This document shows positions 1-7,929 of a stretch of DNA of 43,830 nucleotides, one piece after another (the stretch's first letter is position 1; every line of letters begins with the position of its first letter). The translations under genes and the position numbers were made by a program. The notes beneath the pieces were generated by a model, which was not told the origin of the DNA, ran no database searches, and saw only the letters and a list, made by a program, of their open reading frames with translations. The DNA comes from a virus. The DNA is taken from IMG/VR virus record IMGVR_UViG_3300005817_000001. The stretch is one strand, 5' to 3'.

Positions 1-24
1 TACATATACCCTAGTACCCCCCTT
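1..24. repeat. 24-nt terminal direct repeat, identical to 43807-43830; either a circular-assembly overlap or the edge of a phage direct terminal repeat
   Basis: tacatataccctagtacccccctt is read at both ends of the window. Confidence 0.9.
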
Positions 25-152
25 TAAAATAATAATCAAATTTTGATACCCCCCTAACGGACCATGATATATACACTAACCATAGGCACCACATACTGAC
101 CTATATAGTATTATGCTAATACCCCCTCCCCATCCTCCCCACTTTCCTAAAT

Positions 153-252
153 CCCTTCAATCCCTTCATTTTTCCTCAATTCTCTACAAATTCCCTTCAC
201 CTTGCCTTCATCCTCCCCTCATGGCACACTTCATCCTCCCTTCATCCCTTCA
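153..252 (+). repeat. Phased array of about nine CCCTTCA heptamers (left array, inverted relative to 43598-43708)
   Basis: Copies start at 153, 162, 172, 193, 204, 215, 227, 238 and 246 (variants TTCCTCA, GCCTTCA, CCCCTCA, CACTTCA). Spacing is mostly 8-12 nt. The + strand has no G from 116 to 203. Confidence 0.85.
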
Positions 253-270
253 TCCCCGGAGTATTCTACA

Positions 271-945
271 ATGTCTGATAAACTAACCTTACAAGATATG
301 ATAGCAGACATGGGTATTGGCCTAACTGAGGCCGAATTTGACAAGCTAAAGGCTATAGAAGATGGCGCACCTTTAGATATTGATACCCTTACTAGCCTAC
401 ATGAAGAAAAGCAGTCTGTTGAGAAGGCTCTTACTAATCCTAATTTGCCCTCTGCTAGCATCCCCTCTAATAAGGGTAAGACATTCCACAATCGCCAATT
501 TACCCTAATATCTTGTGGCTATTTTAAAATCTATCTTCAATCCGTCCTTCCAATAGATAATATTGAGCCAGATAATATAGGCGAATTCCTCAAACTGGCA
601 GTGGCCTCTAGTATTGGCTATAAGGGCCCTAATAATCCTCCTCTGAAAGAATTCATGAGGCACACCATAGACTCTAAAGCCTACCTGAACTTCTACACTG
701 ATAAAGAATGGCATATGAATTGGCTCAAGGAGGCCCAAGAATTAAAGCTGGTCATTGATCCTAATAAGCTAGCTAATCGTCAAAGGGTATTGGCTACTAT
801 TAATGACTACCTAGATTCTCTTGCAGATCACCTTACTATCTATGGATGCAAATCAGCAGAGGAGTATCTACTTAAGAATCCTAAAAGATCATCTAAGGTA
901 AGACTAGATAATATCGATCTAATTAATCTATGGGATGATTTATAA
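271..945 (+). CDS. hypothetical early protein (225 aa)
   Basis: ATG at 271 is preceded by GGAG (257-260). The ORF-track extension back to 202 starts at TTG and simply translates the heptamer array. No motif recognised. Confidence 0.7.
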   Translation: MSDKLTLQDMIADMGIGLTEAEFDKLKAIEDGAPLDIDTLTSLHEEKQSVEKALTNPNLPSASIPSNKGKTFHNRQFTLISCGYFKIYLQSVLPIDNIEPDNIGEFLKLAVASSIGYKGPNNPPLKEFMRHTIDSKAYLNFYTDKEWHMNWLKEAQELKLVIDPNKLANRQRVLATINDYLDSLADHLTIYGCKSAEEYLLKNPKRSSKVRLDNIDLINLWDDL

Positions 946-954
946 CTAGACAAG

Positions 955-1071
955 TTAGTAGGAGGACTGCGCGACGGTTGCATATTTTGTAATCTTCAGG
1001 TATCCTGCCCACTGGACTCGAAAAATTATGTGTCAATTTTTTGACACTACCTGATCGGCTCCTCCTACTAA
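955..1071 (+). promoter_or_regulatory. Intergenic long-range 12-bp inverted repeat enclosing a perfect 7-bp hairpin; candidate RNA processing or regulatory structure
   Basis: TTAGTAGGAGGA (955-966) is the exact reverse complement of TCCTCCTACTAA (1060-1071). The inner hairpin is GTGTCAA-tttt-TTGACAC (1030-1047). No ORF lies in the 147-nt gap. Confidence 0.5.
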
Positions 1072-1092
1072 TTACTCTGGACATACTAAATC

Positions 1093-1407
1093 ATGAATCA
1101 GACTACTCGAAAGCCCTCAGATATTATTCAATTAATACTAGATAAAGGTTTGTACAAGCCAGAAAATCCTAGTACTTTTATGTGCTGCATAATTAATGAT
1201 GCTTATTGCTTTCGCGGACTGATAACTAGGCAAGAGGTATTAAATACTAGAGCTGAAGTACGGCTGGCTATTAAGCATCGACACTTACTAGATAGTTACC
1301 TACGGGACAATTTGAATATTAATCCTGCTACCATAGAAAAGTATCCATTCATCAAAACGCTATTCTACAAAGGCTTAATCAAACGCCTTAAAGCTCAGGG
1401 GAAATAA
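1093..1407 (+). CDS. hypothetical protein (104 aa)
   Basis: ORF in the co-directional gene string; no motif recognised. Confidence 0.65.
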   Translation: MNQTTRKPSDIIQLILDKGLYKPENPSTFMCCIINDAYCFRGLITRQEVLNTRAEVRLAIKHRHLLDSYLRDNLNINPATIEKYPFIKTLFYKGLIKRLKAQGK

Positions 1408-1410
1408 ATC

Positions 1411-1605
1411 ATGATAGCAGAATACATTCTAGTTACTCTAATATGCACTACAATGGATAAGCCTTGTGAGTCTTATGAGTCATTGCCTATGGCTAGTGAA
1501 GAATGCGAGACTAAATCAGTAGAAGTCCTAAGCAATGCGCAAAAGCTGGGAGTTAAAGAGACTGTTCTGACTTACTGCACCAATATGCAATATGAGGGAT
1601 TATAG
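1411..1605 (+). CDS. hypothetical small Cys-containing acidic protein (64 aa)
   Basis: ATG lies 3 nt after the upstream stop, preceded by GGGGAAA. Confidence 0.6.
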   Translation: MIAEYILVTLICTTMDKPCESYESLPMASEECETKSVEVLSNAQKLGVKETVLTYCTNMQYEGL

Positions 1606-1606
1606 A

Positions 1607-1789
1607 ATGGCCATTAAAAGGAATAGGTATTCAGAAAGAACTCCATGGAATCCTAGATTAATACTAATAAGACAAGAGGTAAAAAGATTTGTAGATAAGC
1701 CAGGTTACCCTTTACTACTATTAAACAAGCAGTTAATGAGTAGCCTTGGAATATCAGTAGCCGCAATAATCAAAATGACGGAGAAGTAA
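1607..1789 (+). CDS. hypothetical basic protein (60 aa)
   Basis: Start trimmed to the in-frame ATG at 1607, which has GAGGGA 8 nt upstream and follows the upstream stop at 1603-1605. Confidence 0.6.
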   Translation: MAIKRNRYSERTPWNPRLILIRQEVKRFVDKPGYPLLLLNKQLMSSLGISVAAIIKMTEK

Positions 1790-1792
1790 AAG

Positions 1793-2752
1793 ATGAACAC
1801 CAAAAAATTAGAAGCTGCGCAAACTGTAGCTACTCGCCTCACTTCCCTAATGGCTAAGCAACTAACAGTCATTTGTCCCCTCACTGGGCTGCTAGTATCT
1901 AATGACCTGCCGCCTGCTATTGGCCTTTATATTAACTCTTATCATCCGATAGCCTTACCTGAGAATGCTCGCCAAATTCTTAAAGATAGAGAATACTGGC
2001 GCACGCTAAATAAAGAGCATAAGTCAGCTCTTATTCTTTCCGTATTGAGTGCTTATAATCATCTGTCTCTAGAAGGCCCATCTATTGTAATTAAAGGCCT
2101 TATAGAAACTAACCTTAATGTAAATCAGCTAAATGGATTCCTAGAGTTCTGCGCTGATTATATGGCCACTACTACTAATGGTTGGCCGCTCCTTTCTTTA
2201 GGCCGTGACTTAAACGAGCATACTTTCCTAGACTACATGAACCGTTGTGCATTCATTGAATACCAATTAGCAGACGAAGGCGAAAAGAAAATAGTAGAAG
2301 TGCCTAAGTTTGTTACGTCTGATAAGCGCGGCACCGTACTAGATAAAGAATGTTATGAGGAATGGTTAGAAGCGGCACCGCACCTACCTAAAGAGTTTGT
2401 AGCCAAAGCGGCACCGTTCATCCGTACTATTGCAACAAATCCATCCTCTACTGTAGATAGTATGCTTGCAGTGGTTAAGGACAAAGCCCTAATGCTTTCT
2501 AATGAAGTAGCGCCAGAGGTAGACTGGTTCCTAGAAGCTGCTCATAAGAATAGGGAAGTAGCTAAGAATCTAGGACTTCATAAAGTATTTGAGGACCTAG
2601 AGCTATTTGATACTCCTCCTACTATCTGCACTTCTAATATGGTTGAGATAGACCTAAGTGCAATTGATGAAGTAGTTGAGACTGTAGTAGTAGAAAAAGA
2701 ATTAACTCCTTTCCAGCGTAGAATGGCAGCACTTCGGAGTAAGCAAGTATGA
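1793..2752 (+). CDS. hypothetical protein (319 aa), early/replication arm
   Basis: GGAGAAG RBS. The C-terminus LTPFQRRMAALRSK resembles the N-termini of the 3045 and 5635 gene products. No catalytic motif recognised. Confidence 0.7.
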   Translation: MNTKKLEAAQTVATRLTSLMAKQLTVICPLTGLLVSNDLPPAIGLYINSYHPIALPENARQILKDREYWRTLNKEHKSALILSVLSAYNHLSLEGPSIVIKGLIETNLNVNQLNGFLEFCADYMATTTNGWPLLSLGRDLNEHTFLDYMNRCAFIEYQLADEGEKKIVEVPKFVTSDKRGTVLDKECYEEWLEAAPHLPKEFVAKAAPFIRTIATNPSSTVDSMLAVVKDKALMLSNEVAPEVDWFLEAAHKNREVAKNLGLHKVFEDLELFDTPPTICTSNMVEIDLSAIDEVVETVVVEKELTPFQRRMAALRSKQV

Positions 2753-3045
2753 AATATTTTACCGCTAATCGTAATAATCCGAAACCATTCTACGCTAATC
2801 TATCAACCATCACTCTTACTCGCCCAATCTATTATGACGGGAAAGTAAGGTATGGCGGCAATGAGTATTCTATTCAACGGGCGCAGGATGTAGAAGATCA
2901 TCTAGTACACTATCCTGATGCCAAGTGCGTAATATCTTTTCAAATTTATAGAGATAAGGATAGCGGAATAGTAGAATGCGTTGCCATTCCTAGACTGCAC
3001 TTCTCTCTAACTCCTCCTTCTAATGGTTCCGAGGTAGAAGACTAA
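2749..3045 (+). CDS. hypothetical protein (98 aa)
   Basis: ATGA start/stop overlap with the upstream gene. Confidence 0.65.
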   Translation: MKYFTANRNNPKPFYANLSTITLTRPIYYDGKVRYGGNEYSIQRAQDVEDHLVHYPDAKCVISFQIYRDKDSGIVECVAIPRLHFSLTPPSNGSEVED

Positions 3046-4757
3046 TGGCTCTCACATTTGCGCAACGCTTAGCAGAAGTTAAGGCTAAGAAGAATAAACT
3101 GGCTCAGGCTGTAGAAGCTACTGTAGAGAACGAAGTAGTAGAAAAGCCAGAAGATAGTCTATATAAGTTTGGGGATATCATCCTTAATGAAAAGCAAGCC
3201 CAAGCAGTAGAATATGCAAAAGCCGGTAAGTCTTTCGTTCTTACTGGTGCTGCTGGTACTGGTAAGACGGCTACTCAAGGTGCTGTTGTAGAATACCTAG
3301 AGAAGACTGGTTCCTTTTCTACCCATGACTTCAAGTATATTGGCGTACAGGATTCTATTGCCATTGTAGCCTTTACTAAAGTAGCAGTTCGTAATATTCA
3401 AAAGGCTCTGCGTAAGAATCCAGCTACCGCTAAATACGCTAGACACTGTATGACCATTCACTCCCTACTGGAATATGCCCCAGAGCAAGTAGAGCGTATT
3501 AGTGACGAAGGGGAACTATACACTACTAGAATGTTTGTTCCTCATAGGAATGCTGATAACCCATTGGGCATTACTCATCTAATTATTGAAGAGGCCTCTA
3601 TGGTTGGCCTAGACTTGTGGGCTAATCTATACAATGCCCTACAACTAGGGGTACAGATAATCTACCTAGGGGATATTAATCAGATTCCTCCAGTATTTGG
3701 CAAGTCTATTATGTCCTATGCACTCTGTAAGCTCCCGGTTATCGAACTAACCCATGTATATCGCCAGGCTCTTGATAACCCTATTATTGCTAATGCTCAC
3801 CGAGTATTGAATGGGGAGTCTGTAGTGCCTTCTGCTGATGGTCGCTTCAACGTAATAACTGGTAATAGCAAATACCAAGTAGGTCAAGAGCGCATGGGCC
3901 TAGCACTAGGTAATATGTTCAACCAACTATGGGAAGTAGGAGATTATGATCCAGACAGGGATATGATCCTCATTCCGTATAATAAGCAGGCAATGGGCAC
4001 TACTGCTATGAATGAGAAGATAGCCTCATTCCTAGGAGCTAAGCGTAAAGCACTAGTAACCCCAGTTAAAGCGGGCTTCCAAACTATCTACTTGGCAGTA
4101 GGAGACAAGGTTCTAGTAGATAAGCAGGCTGGATGGGTTACTTCTATTCAGGACAATCCAAAGTATATGGGCCAGACTCCTCCGCCGCCCGGCTATTATA
4201 CTCGTGATGGCTCCCCTATTATTGGTATGGAAGGGGATATAGATTGGGAGGCTACTGGCGGTGAACCAGATGAGATGCCCAACTATGATAACTTCAAGCT
4301 AGAAGAGATTGAGGAAGATATTACTAAGCGAGCAGCTTCTCATATAGTCACCGTATCCTTTGATCCTCCTTGGGCTATGCAAGAGGCAGAGGAGAATGAG
4401 GAAGTATATGAGAGCCTTGGCTCTACTGAGTTAGGAAGTAGTGGAGACTTTGCAGAAGCTAAGTTCCAATTCGGCTATGCTATGACCATCCATAAGGCTC
4501 AGGGTAGTGAATGGCCTAAGGTCTACATTCTATTCCATCAAGATCATATGAACTTCCTATCTCGTGAGCTGGTATATACTGCTATGACCCGCGCTAGAGA
4601 AGTATGCACATTCATCTGTAAGATGGAACTACTTGATAGGGCTGTTGCTAAGCAGAAGATTGCTGGCGTAGGATTGGCTGAGAAGATTATGTTCTTTAAT
4701 GGTGGAGCATTGGCGGATCTGGATAGTATCCCTGTAGTAATGGAGGAGGCCGCCTAA
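3045..4757 (+). CDS. SF1 DNA helicase, RecD/Dda-like
   Basis: Walker A GAAGTGKT; Walker B LIIEEASMV; motif III YLGDINQIPPV; motifs V/VI YAMTIHKAQGSEW and YTAMTRAR. TAATG coupling to the upstream gene. Confidence 0.9.
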   Translation: MALTFAQRLAEVKAKKNKLAQAVEATVENEVVEKPEDSLYKFGDIILNEKQAQAVEYAKAGKSFVLTGAAGTGKTATQGAVVEYLEKTGSFSTHDFKYIGVQDSIAIVAFTKVAVRNIQKALRKNPATAKYARHCMTIHSLLEYAPEQVERISDEGELYTTRMFVPHRNADNPLGITHLIIEEASMVGLDLWANLYNALQLGVQIIYLGDINQIPPVFGKSIMSYALCKLPVIELTHVYRQALDNPIIANAHRVLNGESVVPSADGRFNVITGNSKYQVGQERMGLALGNMFNQLWEVGDYDPDRDMILIPYNKQAMGTTAMNEKIASFLGAKRKALVTPVKAGFQTIYLAVGDKVLVDKQAGWVTSIQDNPKYMGQTPPPPGYYTRDGSPIIGMEGDIDWEATGGEPDEMPNYDNFKLEEIEEDITKRAASHIVTVSFDPPWAMQEAEENEEVYESLGSTELGSSGDFAEAKFQFGYAMTIHKAQGSEWPKVYILFHQDHMNFLSRELVYTAMTRAREVCTFICKMELLDRAVAKQKIAGVGLAEKIMFFNGGALADLDSIPVVMEEAA

Positions 4758-4775
4758 AGGCGCACGCAACCTAGT

Positions 4776-5153
4776 ATGGATATCCCTACTGATGATTTAC
4801 TTCTGTTAGTGAGGGCCCTAGCAGTAACCGAGTACAATACTCCCCAAGATGATTTGTTCTATCTAATATGGCCATCCGCAATTAGTAGAATAAAAGAGAA
4901 CTGGAATCGCCATGAACATTCTTATATGGACCTGCTTAACTCTGATCTTGGTGTGTATTGTATACGGTGCGGGAGTATGTGCGGAGTATGCAAAGGAGGG
5001 GCCATCCGCAGTATTTGCCATATGTGTCCTTCTGATGTTTATCCTACTAACACTTGGAGGTATCATTGCCTTCGCGCTATTGCCGATAGTCCTTTCCAGC
5101 CCTATTACTGTTTAATAAAAGGAGGCCATAATGGCCATCAAAGTATCGTATAA
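4776..5153 (+). CDS. hypothetical protein with a Cys-rich (CxxC-type, zinc-finger-like) C-terminal half (125 aa)
   Basis: The N-terminal 45 aa look like ordinary acidic helical protein, followed by CIRCGSMCGVC...ICHMC. The 3' end overlaps the next gene by 23 nt, as 6348/6562 also do. See the alternative frame 4912-5115. Confidence 0.5.
   Translation: MDIPTDDLLLLVRALAVTEYNTPQDDLFYLIWPSAISRIKENWNRHEHSYMDLLNSDLGVYCIRCGSMCGVCKGGAIRSICHMCPSDVYPTNTWRYHCLRAIADSPFQPYYCLIKGGHNGHQSIV
4912..5115 (+). CDS. alternative-frame small membrane protein (67 aa, two predicted TM helices) embedded in 4776-5153
   Basis: Two ~20-aa hydrophobic stretches are separated by the polar loop AEYAKEGPS. The ORF ends just before the AAAGGAGG RBS of the 5131 gene. 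Its own RBS is weak. Confidence 0.35.
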   Translation: MNILIWTCLTLILVCIVYGAGVCAEYAKEGPSAVFAICVLLMFILLTLGGIIAFALLPIVLSSPITV

Positions 5154-5397
5154 AGATCTAGTGAATCAACTAGAGAAGGACTTGTCTATCTCTTTCTCTA
5201 CTTACGAAGATCCTACTAAGGTGAAGCGTAAAATCTCTATGGCTAAACATCGGGAGAATATTGAAGGTAAACTAATCTTCTCCCATCAACCTGCTCAGGA
5301 TGAAAACAATAAGGAGTACTATGTAATTACAGCAGTACTCACTCCTAAGCGCGGGCAATTAGAACTCATTAAACTTAATTCTACTGAGGGCTTTTAA
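5131..5397 (+). CDS. hypothetical protein (88 aa)
   Basis: Strong RBS AAAGGAGG 5 nt upstream of the ATG. Confidence 0.75.
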   Translation: MAIKVSYKDLVNQLEKDLSISFSTYEDPTKVKRKISMAKHRENIEGKLIFSHQPAQDENNKEYYVITAVLTPKRGQLELIKLNSTEGF

Positions 5398-5398
5398 G

Positions 5399-5635
5399 AT
5401 GGCTCCTAAAAAACTGAAGGTAGGGGATACTGTAATATTTAAGTTGGTTCCTACTCACATTGCTCCATGCTTTAAGTCTGGTCATAGGGTTAGAGGAGGC
5501 TGGCGCAAAGGTATAATTACTGACCTAGTTATGAGCGGCTGCATATGTATAAACGGCTGCATGGTAGTAGATAACGGCCCTATCGCCGCTAGCAGTTGGG
5601 GCGGCACCGTAATTCGTTATGTAGGAGATAAGTAA
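5399..5635 (+). CDS. hypothetical protein (78 aa)
   Basis: GAGGG RBS, tightly packed. Confidence 0.7.
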   Translation: MAPKKLKVGDTVIFKLVPTHIAPCFKSGHRVRGGWRKGIITDLVMSGCICINGCMVVDNGPIAASSWGGTVIRYVGDK

Positions 5636-6345
5636 TGGCTATGACATTTGCAGAACGTATGGCATTGCGTAAGAAAGAAGCTGAGGCTGGTAAGGTTAGT
5701 ACCCCTCTCACTGAAGTAAAGGAGGAGGTAGTAGATAAGCCTAAGCAAGAGATTCCAGAAAGGTTTGCTGAGCAGTTCCGTAAGCCTACTGGCCCCATTC
5801 GTCAATCTGTTGACCTAGATACTAGCAGCGCATCTAATCCTAAGCCTTCTCCTTTCCTAGATAGGCTGAAGAATAGCCCAGCTATTAAGGCAGCTCATCA
5901 AGTAGCAGAGCTAGAGAAGAAGCTGGAAGAAGTAGAAGAAGAGAAGCCTTCTAATAAGATAGAAACCTTCACCCTCTCCAAAGTAATTACAATGTCCAAT
6001 GTAGCTGGACAAGCTGCTCCTACTGAGGGTGAGCTTCTATTAGCTGGGGATATGCCAGAGGACGCCATTCGTATTAAGCAGCGCATAGCCCTTCTATCTA
6101 CCTGCGATGAACACTCATTGAAGAGTGAGATGGATGAGCTTAAGAAACTAATTAAAGCGGCACCGGAGGCCTGTCAATTCCTACTACCTGAAGAGCTAGG
6201 CCAATGTGTACGCGCCCTTCGTAGTATGACTGACAACAAACTAGCGGTAGATATGGGTAGGGCTAAGCCTCGCGCTTCTAAGAAGAAAGAAACTACTCCC
6301 CAACTTACTGCGGCTGACCTATCCGCTGCTCTGGATGATCTTTAA
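5635..6345 (+). CDS. hypothetical Lys/Glu-rich protein (236 aa)
   Basis: TAATG coupling. The N-terminus MAMTFAERMALRKK parallels the helicase N-terminus MALTFAQRLAEVKAKK. Confidence 0.7.
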   Translation: MAMTFAERMALRKKEAEAGKVSTPLTEVKEEVVDKPKQEIPERFAEQFRKPTGPIRQSVDLDTSSASNPKPSPFLDRLKNSPAIKAAHQVAELEKKLEEVEEEKPSNKIETFTLSKVITMSNVAGQAAPTEGELLLAGDMPEDAIRIKQRIALLSTCDEHSLKSEMDELKKLIKAAPEACQFLLPEELGQCVRALRSMTDNKLAVDMGRAKPRASKKKETTPQLTAADLSAALDDL

Positions 6346-6347
6346 TT

Positions 6348-6584
6348 ATGGCCTTCTCTAAAGTTGGACTAACCCCTCTACAAATGGCGCAGAAGAAGTA
6401 CTGGCAAGATATGGGTACTTGTGAGCGCGTAAGGATGCAGTTAGAAGCTATGCCCTATAGTGATGGCAAGTATGATGCCATTGAATATGTTATAAGGGCT
6501 AAAAGAATCATCAAGGAAAGATATGCAGAGGAGTCTGCTAGACTAAAGGAGGAAGCTAAGCATGGCTCAGAAATTCCCTTCTGA
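6348..6584 (+). CDS. hypothetical protein (78 aa)
   Basis: ORF in the gene string. Confidence 0.6.
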   Translation: MAFSKVGLTPLQMAQKKYWQDMGTCERVRMQLEAMPYSDGKYDAIEYVIRAKRIIKERYAEESARLKEEAKHGSEIPF

Positions 6585-6786
6585 TTATATCAACCTAGAT
6601 GAGCTGCCAGATACGCCTCAGATGAATAGAGTGTATGCAGCCCTTCTACAATTGAAGCATTACTATCAGCTATCCTATCTTGCAGCCTGCTACAATGAAG
6701 GTAAGGAGGAGCTGTTCTATAAGACTCTTGGTCTAGTGAAGCATGATAGGGCTATTACTGGGCACCCTAGGAGAATAGGTAAATGA
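6562..6786 (+). CDS. hypothetical protein (74 aa)
   Basis: AAGGAGG RBS at 6546-6552; 23-nt overlap with the upstream gene. Confidence 0.65.
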   Translation: MAQKFPSDYINLDELPDTPQMNRVYAALLQLKHYYQLSYLAACYNEGKEELFYKTLGLVKHDRAITGHPRRIGK

Positions 6787-7802
6787 TAGAGCTAGAGCAA
6801 AGCCTGGCTAATATACAGTCAGCCACTTCTCAGCTAGTAGAAGTTCCAGAAGGCGCGCTTACTATGGCAGATGAGGGTAGCCGTGTGCGCCTCTCGTATT
6901 CTACCCTTGAACTTCTTCATGGCTGTGAGCGTAAGTTTCAAAAGACCAAGCTACTGCACAATCCTATGGCTAGGGATGAGTCCCCTGCTATGGTATTTGG
7001 TAGCGCAATGGGTGCAGCGTGGCAGCATTACTTTGTCCTCCGTAGTTTTGGGCATAGCGTTCAAGAGAGTATTGATAGTGCTCTGTGGGAAGCCTATATT
7101 AATTATTGGCCAATACTGGAGGACGACCGTCGGTTCCAAGAACGCGCCTATTACATTATGATTCGCAGTGTAGATTTCCTAGAGAAGCAACTAAAGGAAT
7201 GGGAGATTGCGCTATTCAATGGTAGGCCCGCATCTGAATTATCCTTCAACCTAGATATTAATAAACGCTTCTACTTTGTAGGTGCCATTGACTTGGTATT
7301 GCGGCACCGTAGAAGCGGGAGGTATGCAGTAGTAGATATCAAGACTACTAGCATCTATGGGGAAGACCTAACTCCTCAGTATAAATTCTCTGACCAGACA
7401 CTAGGCTATACCATTGTCATTGATAAGGTAGCAGGAGAGGAGGTAACTCAATATGATACAGTGTATTGGGTATGCCAGATGCCTTCCAGAGGTATTGAAT
7501 CCCTCTATCAACCCAACTTCAAGGAGTATGTATTCCCTAAGACTCTTAAGGATCGCTTTGATTGGTTCCTTAAAGTCTACCTAGATGTAAACTATATTGA
7601 GACCCTTGCTGAACTAGATGCTTATCCCAAAAGGGGTAGCCATTGTATGAGCTTCAATAAGGTTTGCATGTTCTTCAATGAGTGCCAGTTCACCCACTCT
7701 GATACTCCGGCAATCTATGTTCCAGATGATAAGAAGTATGACTTCACTTATGAACTGGACGCTATCCTAGAGGATCACAATAGGAGACTTCTTTCCGCAT
7801 GA
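6783..7802 (+). CDS. PD-(D/E)XK nuclease of the Cas4 / RecB-like family with four Fe-S-type cysteines
   Basis: GAIDLV...YAVVDIKT (D...D-x-K); QTLGY (QxxxY); N-terminal HGCERKF plus C-terminal C-x6-C-x5-C (CMSFNKVCMFFNEC). Confidence 0.8.
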   Translation: MIELEQSLANIQSATSQLVEVPEGALTMADEGSRVRLSYSTLELLHGCERKFQKTKLLHNPMARDESPAMVFGSAMGAAWQHYFVLRSFGHSVQESIDSALWEAYINYWPILEDDRRFQERAYYIMIRSVDFLEKQLKEWEIALFNGRPASELSFNLDINKRFYFVGAIDLVLRHRRSGRYAVVDIKTTSIYGEDLTPQYKFSDQTLGYTIVIDKVAGEEVTQYDTVYWVCQMPSRGIESLYQPNFKEYVFPKTLKDRFDWFLKVYLDVNYIETLAELDAYPKRGSHCMSFNKVCMFFNECQFTHSDTPAIYVPDDKKYDFTYELDAILEDHNRRLLSA

Positions 7803-7927
7803 GTTCTTTAGAGGAGCTATACCTAACTTGGTATGAAGAGTGGGTAAGCATACTGATTGAAGCTGAGATAAGCCCTGAAGTATTCCCACTCGATTGGTAT
7901 TTTAGAATCCGTAAAGGAGAGTTTTGA
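7799..7927 (+). CDS. small hypothetical protein (42 aa), below the ORF-track length cut-off
   Basis: ATGA overlap with the nuclease stop. The ORF MSSLEELYLTWYEEWVSILIEAEISPEVFPLDWYFRIRKGEF fills the gap exactly and stops 2 nt before the next ATG. Confidence 0.55.
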   Translation: MSSLEELYLTWYEEWVSILIEAEISPEVFPLDWYFRIRKGEF

Positions 7928-7929
7928 TT

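Noticed and set aside
153-252. Heptamer arrays as a CRISPR array
   Set aside because: The repeat unit is only 7 nt with 1-5 nt between copies. There are no spacers of 25-40 nt, no leader and no cas genes.
202-270. N-terminal extension of the first ORF (MPSSSPHGTLHPPFIPSSPEYST)
   Set aside because: It starts at TTG and merely translates the CCCTTCA heptamer array. A proper ATG with a GGAG RBS follows at 271.
1041-1071. TTGACA in the early hairpin as a -35 element
   Set aside because: No -10 hexamer better than 3/6 is present at 17-19 nt on either strand.
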